Assembly: GCF_001194135.2 (NCBI RefSeq)
Contig: NC_068983.1
Span: forward strand, 119,038,935 to 119,097,145
Origin: Octopus bimaculoides
Lineage: Eukaryota
DNA length: 58,211 nt
Reading direction: 5' to 3'
Numbering within the stretch: position 1 is the first letter of the stretch; every line of letters starts with the position of its first letter. A model generated the notes under the pieces. The model was not told the origin of the DNA and searched no databases. It saw only the letters and a program-made list of their open reading frames with translations. Of the stretch, positions 50,388 to 58,211 are shown piece after piece. Position numbers and translations under genes: made by a program.

Positions 50388-50946
50388 AAATTATAATACA
50401 GGGTATCTAAGAGATACCGCCACGCTGAAAAATAGCAGTCAAAACCTGACTCTAAAGCATATCCACACTACCACACTTGCAACGTAGATGTTATAATACC
50501 ATATCTCGATTTAAGTGTACGTGAAGGTATTTAGAATGCCCAAACTTATTTCTGCACTAATGCTGATCATAGTTTAATCAACAAGCGTAGGAGTGAAGTA
50601 AATGCAGAGATAATAGTAGGGTCATCGGGGCCCCAATTAAGCGGCCCTTCAGAAATTGAACCGTCTGGGAGTTTATGATATGAAATTCATTGTCATTGCG
50701 CCAATTTGGTCGCCAATGCCATGTATTTGGTTTAAAATGCAGTAAGAATTGGGCCGGGGCGGGGCAGGTGGGACCGCAAATAGATGACCCTTTAAAAAAT
50801 AGGCCCCCTTAGGATATTTTCCTGGGATTAGGGGAGTTGCTGGTTCGAGTTTCGTTGTCCTTGCACCAACGGTCTAGGAGGAGTTAACGAACATAAAAAC
50901 GTAACGGACAAAGAAACATCACTCAAATTTATAATATATATCCTAA

Positions 50947-50984
<38 letters not shown>

Positions 50985-50990
<6 letters not shown>

Positions 50991-51270
50991 GTTACGCGTA
51001 TTTCACTTGTGATCGTGAGACCGTGGTTTCGAACACCAGACCTGCTGCACGTTGTTTTCTTGAGCAAAACACTTCATTTCACGTTGCTCCACTCCGCTCA
51101 TCTGTGTATGGGTAACCGTGTGGCAGACTAGCCGTCTCATTAGGGAGAATGTTGGCCTGCTCGCCTAGCCAGCAGCTAATGTCGTTTGGAAATTAAAACG
51201 ACGCAAAGCGCATTGTGACCACCGATATTCAACAGCATTCGATAGTCTAATCAATCACGTGATATATATA
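50985..51270 (+). mobile_element. tRNA-derived SINE, family D, with CORE-like segment
   Basis: TAGTGGTT A-box remnant, GGTTTCGAACACC B-box, CTTGAGCAAAACACTTCA CORE-like motif, microsatellite tail. Confidence 0.6.
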
Positions 51271-53043
51271 TATGTGTGTGGGTGGGGTTGTATGTATGTG
51301 TGTGTGTGAATGAGTGAGTGAGTGCCTGTGTCTGTCCCCCACTAACATTTATAGATTTTGTTTTATTTGACGATTTACTCCAACATATAAAAATCACTTT
51401 TCGCTTTCAGGTGTAAAATCAGCAGTCATGATGTTGCTTTTCATTGAAATCTTCATTTATACCAGCGTTAAAGATTCTAGCGACAATATCCTTGTTGGGA
51501 AAGATCAATATCTACTTTTGAACCTTAAAAATACAGGCGATTATCTTTTGAGTTGGGAAACACTAATATAAACTCCCTGAATATTTTATCAAAAAACCAT
51601 CCGATTTTAAATACTTAGTCATTTTACTTCATGTATTTCGCTTAATGCCCTGCAGAATGGTAAGTACTTCCCATTTCCTCTTTACTTGCTCACTCCCGTC
51701 ACAAGTTTATGTTTATGTTTAAAACATATATGACATCATAAATAAATAGGCAATTATAAATATGTTTAACTGTCTTTCCTTTCCTTATTTTGAGATTTGC
51801 TTTGGTGAAACAAATGGTGTTTATGCCTAATTTAGATCATGGCGGTGGAGACTGCAGCGCTGTTTCCAATCCCAATTCGTACTACTTAACTAATGTCTTT
51901 AGGATGTACGAACGCCTCGAACCTTTCCTATCGTTTCCCTCCTTGTCACAACTGTTAACTTCACGGTTAATTAATAAATCATTATTATTGCTGGTGGTAT
52001 TCTTCTTCTTGTTACTATCACACGTGTTTTCTTTATTCTGTGTTCCTTCATGTCAATTATCTTACGCTTTGCTGAGCTGGCTTGTACTTGCCATGTAACG
52101 AGAGAACAGAAATCAGTCAAGTGAATGACGGAAATGAGAAACTGATAGATGAAGCGAAAAATTGACTAACCTACACAAAACAGAACCAATTTAAAGTTAA
52201 TATTCCGATGGCATAAATACTCTGGAGAAAAATGTATCTGTTTTGATTGTTTTGCTTTCCCCCTCTGGCTCATTGTAGGAATTGCATAGTAAGTACTCAA
52301 GTATCATCCCAGCTGAATTGCTTCGGTGTTTACAAGTTTTCTATCGCTTTAGTCTCATATTATAGAAGTCTCTTGAAAAAACATTATGATTGATTATTTC
52401 GACTTGTAGATAATGTCAGACGAAGGGAAAAAAGATCCCACTAAGTGGGAGAAATCTATACATATACATATGGCAAAATAAAGTAAACTTGGTCCGGAAG
52501 AATATATAAAAGTCTACATTCATGCAGCTGTTTCCACAAACTTATATACAACGATACATTTCAAAATATGATTTTAATTGCATCAGTGTAGTTGATGTGA
52601 TAAGAAAAATTGCTATATTTTATCTCAATTCACAATTTATTTTTTTCTGTTTTTTATTTTTTTTATTTATTAGTTTACAATATAACAGAAGTAGTGGATA
52701 GGAAATTTGGTAAAGCCTAGAGCACGTGCTGAGTTCAAATCGTGCTAAAGTCAACTTTGTCATACAATTTTATGAAGTTGATAAAGTAAATACCACTCTA
52801 GTACTAGGGTTGCTTTAATACACTGTCTCACTCTGCCTTGTGTCAAGGCAAAGAAAAGAATCAATATTAATGAAATATATTTAGCACCTTCTATTGTTAT
52901 TGTCATTGTTGCAGAGTAAACTGTCCCCCTCAGACTTGTAATGACCTCTAGAGATTACACAAAACATGGCATCACTAACAATAATATATCTGATGATTTC
53001 CAGCTCATAAAACTTGTTTTTCTTTTTATAATAAATTACACAT

Positions 53044-53225
53044 AAGGCGGCGAACTAACTGAACCGAACAACGTGCTTAGCGGCATTTCGTCCAAGCTCA
53101 AATTCTGCCGAGCTCGACTTTGCCTTTCATTCTTTTGGGGTCGATAAAATAAGTACCAGTCAAATATTGTGGTCCATATAATCAATTTCCTTCTCCCCCT
53201 CAGTGCCAAAATTTGACACCATTAT
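53044..53225 (+). mobile_element. SINE family A (internally deleted)
   Basis: AAGGCGGCGAACT head; CGACTTTGCCTTTCATTCTTTTGGGGTCGATAAAATAAGTACCAG body. Confidence 0.8.
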
Positions 53226-54405
53226 ATATTAGGTATTAAATCGTGTAGTATATGGAGGATCTTGCTCTAAAGAGGCAGTAAAAACAGGTTTGTTAGAGAA
53301 ATAGCTAAGAATCTGGAGTAGCCAATGTGGATCATTGGCTACCTCAGATTTCATGTTTTTAATTATACCTTGTTTTGAAATTAAGAAGTTAACGTATTTA
53401 GTTCAAGTTTAACGAAAGAATATGTATATAATTTAAACAATAATCCGAACAATGGACATGTAGTGCACACAATGTGTAAATACAGATAAGAATATTAAAA
53501 TGTTTGGTTATAATTCACAGGAAAAAAATATAAAACTTTATACGTTTTAAAGTTTCCTCCTGCTTACGATAGTTATATGGAACTTTAACATTCTATTTGC
53601 TATAAAACAATCAACTTGGACACAATCATCTATCAAACCTTTTTGCTATCAATTAAAATTACTGTGAACTTAATACTTTTTGAATGCCAAATTAATTTTC
53701 GAACAACAAAGTTGATATTTAATAGTGGTATCTTTCTGAATTTGCTTTTATCTTTAAGATAGTCTATGATCATTTCCAAATCAACTAGAATTTCCTGAAA
53801 GCCGTACAGAATGATAAGCGACCTATTCGGTATGTGAACTCCCATGACTCTCTGGAGCTTGCGAATATTACTAATAAACAGTCTGTTATTGCGCAATTAC
53901 CGATGTTAGCTTAAATGAATTATGATAAATGTATAATTGCTTAGAACGCTTCACAGCATGACACACTTAGTCTCATAGAAATACTTGCGATTATAACTCT
54001 AATATTATTCTGCAGCTAGATTAAATTTTAAGTATATGTTTTAAACATACATTGATACTATTGCGTATTAAACTGCTCAGATTCTAAATTCCAGTACTGA
54101 ATTGCATGGTTCAATTCGTTTTGGGGATATGGTTTTTAAGCAAAAAATATGTTTTCACACACTGAACTGTTAGGTATATTGAAATAGTAAAGTATAAGGA
54201 GCAAATAATTCTTAAGTGGGAAGGAATTGTAGAATATTTTATTTATTAGAAGTAGTAGTTTTCGCAATAGGGCTCTGTAATACACAGGCTTGACAGAATA
54301 TTTCCAATTTACAATTGTATTCTTACATTGATTTCTTACATTGGTACCATGTACCATAATGTTGCTTTCTAAAGGAAGAGAATAGTCAGTTGAATGGGAC
54401 TTCAG

Positions 54406-55050
54406 GGATCTAGTTCAAAACGGGGGCACCAGTATTTTCTTAACGAAACACTTTGAAACTTGGGACACTGGTAGAATGTGTCATATAAAACATCTTTTTC
54501 TCTTAGTCTTCTTAAGAAAAATTATAATATTGCAATTTATTTCATGTTAAAGTTGTCGTATTTCTGTAATTTCAACCAATGACTGACGTCCATTCAGCCG
54601 AATACATTAAGTGCTGACTACGTAAACAAACGATTCTCAAACGATTCTGGCGGTGATAAAATTATTATTTCCTTGTCAAAAAATGGCTGAAGCATATTGG
54701 CAGTAGCTAATAAACCTTTCTATTATAGGCACAAGGCCTGGTTTTTTAGGGAAGGAGCAAGTCAATTAGAGTTAGGGTTAGGGNNNNNNNNNNGGAGATT
54801 AAATACGCTTTACACCGCTTAAACTGCCAAAGGAGTAAGTATAAACAGCTGAATATTGGTTGAAATTATTGAATTGGTTGAAATTATCGAAATAAGACAA
54901 TTTTTTACATGAAATTAATTCGAATACAAACATTTTTTTCTGTTCTATAACACAAAATAGATAAGTATACGAAGTTTGAAAGTCTTTCGGTACCAAAAAC
55001 ACTACATAAAACATAAATGAAAACTGGTGCCCCCATTCTGAACTAGATCC
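54406..55050. mobile_element. GGATC-ended foldback element, copy 3
   Basis: TIR GGATCTAGTTCAAAACGGGGGCACCAGT / ACTGGTGCCCCCATTCTGAACTAGATCC; perfect 8-bp TSD GACTTCAG (54398-54405 and 55051-55058); TTAGGG repeats run into an N gap. Confidence 0.92.
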
Positions 55051-55145
55051 GACTTCAGCACACTGTACTTATTGGATTTACTTCAGATTCATGAGAGCTG
55101 AAGTTGTCTATAGCGGGTCAACTCACAACATTAAGGAATCCATTC

Positions 55146-55230
55146 GAAGAAGAAGAAGAAGAAGAAGAAGAAGATGGTGATGATGATGATGATGATGATG
55201 ATCATCATCATCATCATCATCATCGTCATC
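55146..55230. repeat. (GAA)n(GAT)n(CAT)n compound microsatellite; the GAT/CAT part is palindromic
   Basis: Directly visible. Confidence 0.95.
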
Positions 55231-57499
55231 ATACAAAGGAGGAGTGGCGATGATTATCCTGATGTCAGCCCTGAGTTAGCAGATCTATGATCAAAAGTTG
55301 TCCAGCCGGGCTGATAACTTCTCTCGGACAAAATACATTTAGAACTACGTTAGACTACATAATGTAAAGAGCTATATTATCTATTATGCCCTCTTTTGTA
55401 ATTCAGCCGAGTACGGTTTGAAAGGAATTTAGCTATGACTTTTCGCAGATCGGCCATCTACACAAAGACTCTCCGACGAAGGATAAAATAATTTCTATAA
55501 AAGAAAATTAACGAAGTAATGCAGGTTATTTTCTCCAAACTGATTCCACTGTTAGCCGTTCCTTTCGAACAAACTAGCATCAATTTTTTTCATACACAAG
55601 CACACACATACGCACACGCACACACTATCGTTCTATAGAGAATTTCGGTATTAGGTAACATGTCGTTGAGCAAATTGATGTGTGTCTCTTGTCTTGTAAT
55701 GAAGATATTTTGCAAGCGATCAAATAAACGTTCATTGTTGAGTCACCATATCCTTAAAAGTATGCTTTTAATTCTATCCGTAAGAAATGGCTTCAAGAAA
55801 TATCAGATACATTATGCACTCTTCACTTCCTGGCATTTCTGAAGTAGTGCTACAATGACAGCATGCAGCCAGCAATTTGGAAATCTTCCACAAATCCAAA
55901 TGTTATTAATGGTGTCAAACAGCTTCATATACGCAACATCGAACCAGTTGACTTCTCTCAGAAATGTCACCGTTGTGGATTTATATATTTAGCTTTTAAT
56001 CATTCATGTAGAATATTCTGTTCGAATATACTATTATATATCATCTCAATGGAATATCGAAATGTACCATCCTGTTCATAAAAGTTAATTATTATCTCAG
56101 TGTTATGGATTGATAGAATTAAGATTGTGAGGATACTCGCTCGGAGTTGTCTCCCATATATATTTTACCATATATACTATATATTTTATGCCAAAATATA
56201 TTGCCTAATACAGGAATCCTAATATGTTAGTGCTTGCATACTAAATTGTATGTGTTACAGTGCCAGCGTTTCGGCAATCTCCTCAGAATTTCAAATCAGA
56301 CCTTTGTAGATTGTCCTCATTCTGTTGTTTATACCGATGATATTCACCTTATTACAACTTTCTACTGTTTGTGATACCTCAAGTTTATTACACATCAACT
56401 AGACTGTATACTACACTTAGTATTTATTTTGTTCTCCATATATCTCATTGGTATAATCAGGAAGCAGAAAATAGGAGTTTTAAACCTAACTTTGTGTGTA
56501 TGAAAGAATGAGAGAGAGTGGAGAGAAAGAAGGAAGAAAAGAAGGAAGGAAAAGAGAATGAAAAGGCTTAACGCTTTTGTTATCCTAATTTAGCGTTAAA
56601 TCTAACAAAAAGGCATTAGGTTTAAAGATCCTACATTTTATATATGTTTCTATCATATTAATTCTTCTCAGTGAATCATAGACTTCATCGTATTTATTAT
56701 CAAAAGACCCAATAAATATACACTTTACTTCACTACACCATCATTTCTAATTAGATTTTTGATAATCACTACATGAGATATACTAATAGTAACTTAAAAT
56801 TCATTTGCCGGCGGATTGCGGCTCTAGAGCGTATATGGTAAAGCGGAGTCAAGTTATATATTCTCAGATTAAAACATACCAAACTAACAGCATCACAACA
56901 GCGTAATAACAATTGAGATGAATATCTCTGGTCGGACAATCCAAGTAGAACAGTCTACAAAATCTAAGGATTTGATAAAGAATTTAGTTCCAAATTCTGA
57001 GAACATCACTGATTTCGGTACATCTACAGAGACATTTACACAAATCATATGACAGACATCTACACAAATCCAGAGGTTATTGTGACTAAAATGTTGTGTC
57101 TATATCAATCAAGATGATTACACTAGTATGGATATAATGTGTGTGTATGTATGTGTGTGCGCGCGCGCCCTTGTATGCATGTCTGTGCACGTAAGAAAAT
57201 TCGTAAGCTCATTGAAATTAAAGTAGTAACTACGTGATGCTCGATTCAACCTCTTTCGTGTTTGCCAGCAAGGTATCTTACTAACACAATTCGGTTTTTA
57301 CAGTGAACATTTTGAGGAACAATTAAGAATGGTCTGGGAGGTAACCGACTAAATATAACAAACAATTCTACCTAATTTTAAAGAAGAAATTTGGAAGCTC
57401 ATTGTGATATAAATGGTAGCACACTTACTCGGCAAGTAAGACGTAAGTGGGCAGATGCCTGCAGAGATGTATATTTTTCTATCTCAAATTATTGGTTTC

Positions 57500-57700
57500 A
57501 TATGTATTGTTTAGAGCAACAAACGAGAACCACCCAGATTGTTGTAAGAGAGCTACTATACGCAGATGACAGCGTACTAATCGCACATGCGGCAGAGCAC
57601 ATGCAGACACACTGGGTTACGTTTTCCACTGCATCAAAAAATATTTGGCCTGCAGATAAATACCAACATAACACAAATAATATTAGAACCAAACACAATG
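57500..57700 (+). mobile_element. RTE-clade LINE reverse transcriptase fragment
   Basis: VRELLYADDSVLIAH...MQ...FSTAS matches the RTE RT catalytic YADD motif region. Confidence 0.75.
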
Positions 57701-58211
57701 ACAACACAAGAAAAAGTAGCAGAGCTCATTGAATAGTACACACACACGCACACACGTACACTAATTGAGTTGTTACATAAATTCGTTCACTTCTTTACAA
57801 TGTGTTATTTGAATTAACACGGAATATGTTTTTATCGCATTGGCTATGTCAAGATGGGTTTTTTTTGTATTCTTCTTTCCCACTTAGATTGTTAAAATGT
57901 TGTCACAACAGTAATATATCCATTCTGCTGAAATGAAATTTTCAGTAAATTTTCCGTATCCTTGTGCAGCTGAAGATTGCTCTGCATTTTACATTTAATG
58001 TCTTACATTTAATGTAATGCTCGCATTACTTAAATAAATGGAGTGGCATGAAACGTGCGTACTGCAATAACCTTGAAAATCCGTGTTGTTTTTTTTTATT
58101 TATATATATATAAATATATAAACATAATTAAGGGATCAGCAATAGTTGTTTCACCTAATTATTAATTTATTAATAAATTAATAATCCTTTACCCTTTTAT
58201 TTGTAATATAT

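Noticed and set aside
50618-50810. GC-rich patch with 9-bp inverted repeat AGGGTCATC/GATGACCCT as a MITE
   Set aside because: No TSD and uncertain ends; probably an old element fragment.
53633-53896. 87-aa minus-strand ORF and other short AT-rich ORFs
   Set aside because: No recognisable motif or splice context; composition matches non-coding DNA.

Overview
AT-rich, microsatellite-dense eukaryotic scaffold with N gaps. The repeat families and SINE motifs point to a cephalopod (Octopus-like) genome; this is an inference from recall, not a database match. No intact host gene is supportable, only two or three weak exon candidates. The window is a transposon graveyard with many tRNA-derived SINE copies from several families, a 5'-truncated L1/Tx1-type RT element (27.7-30.2 kb), RTE and Penelope-like remnants, a DDE-deleted pogo-like element retaining HTH and PHD coding pieces, and a hAT-type MITE. 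Two systems stand out. (1) Two divergent ~1.6 kb 'gag/ORF1-only' retroelements (2081-3641 and 22579-24240). Each is bounded by a target-site duplication inside a host repeat and has no RT, and both share a 3' tail motif with the RT-encoding L1/Tx1 element. They look like HAL1-type non-autonomous partners. (2) A family of GGATC-ended foldback elements with 8-bp TSDs (three copies). Their long inverted arms enclose telomere-like TTAGGG/TTTTAGGG repeats, arranged head-to-head like a telomere fusion in the most complete copy. All alignments and coordinates were made by eye; boundaries of degenerate repeats are approximate.
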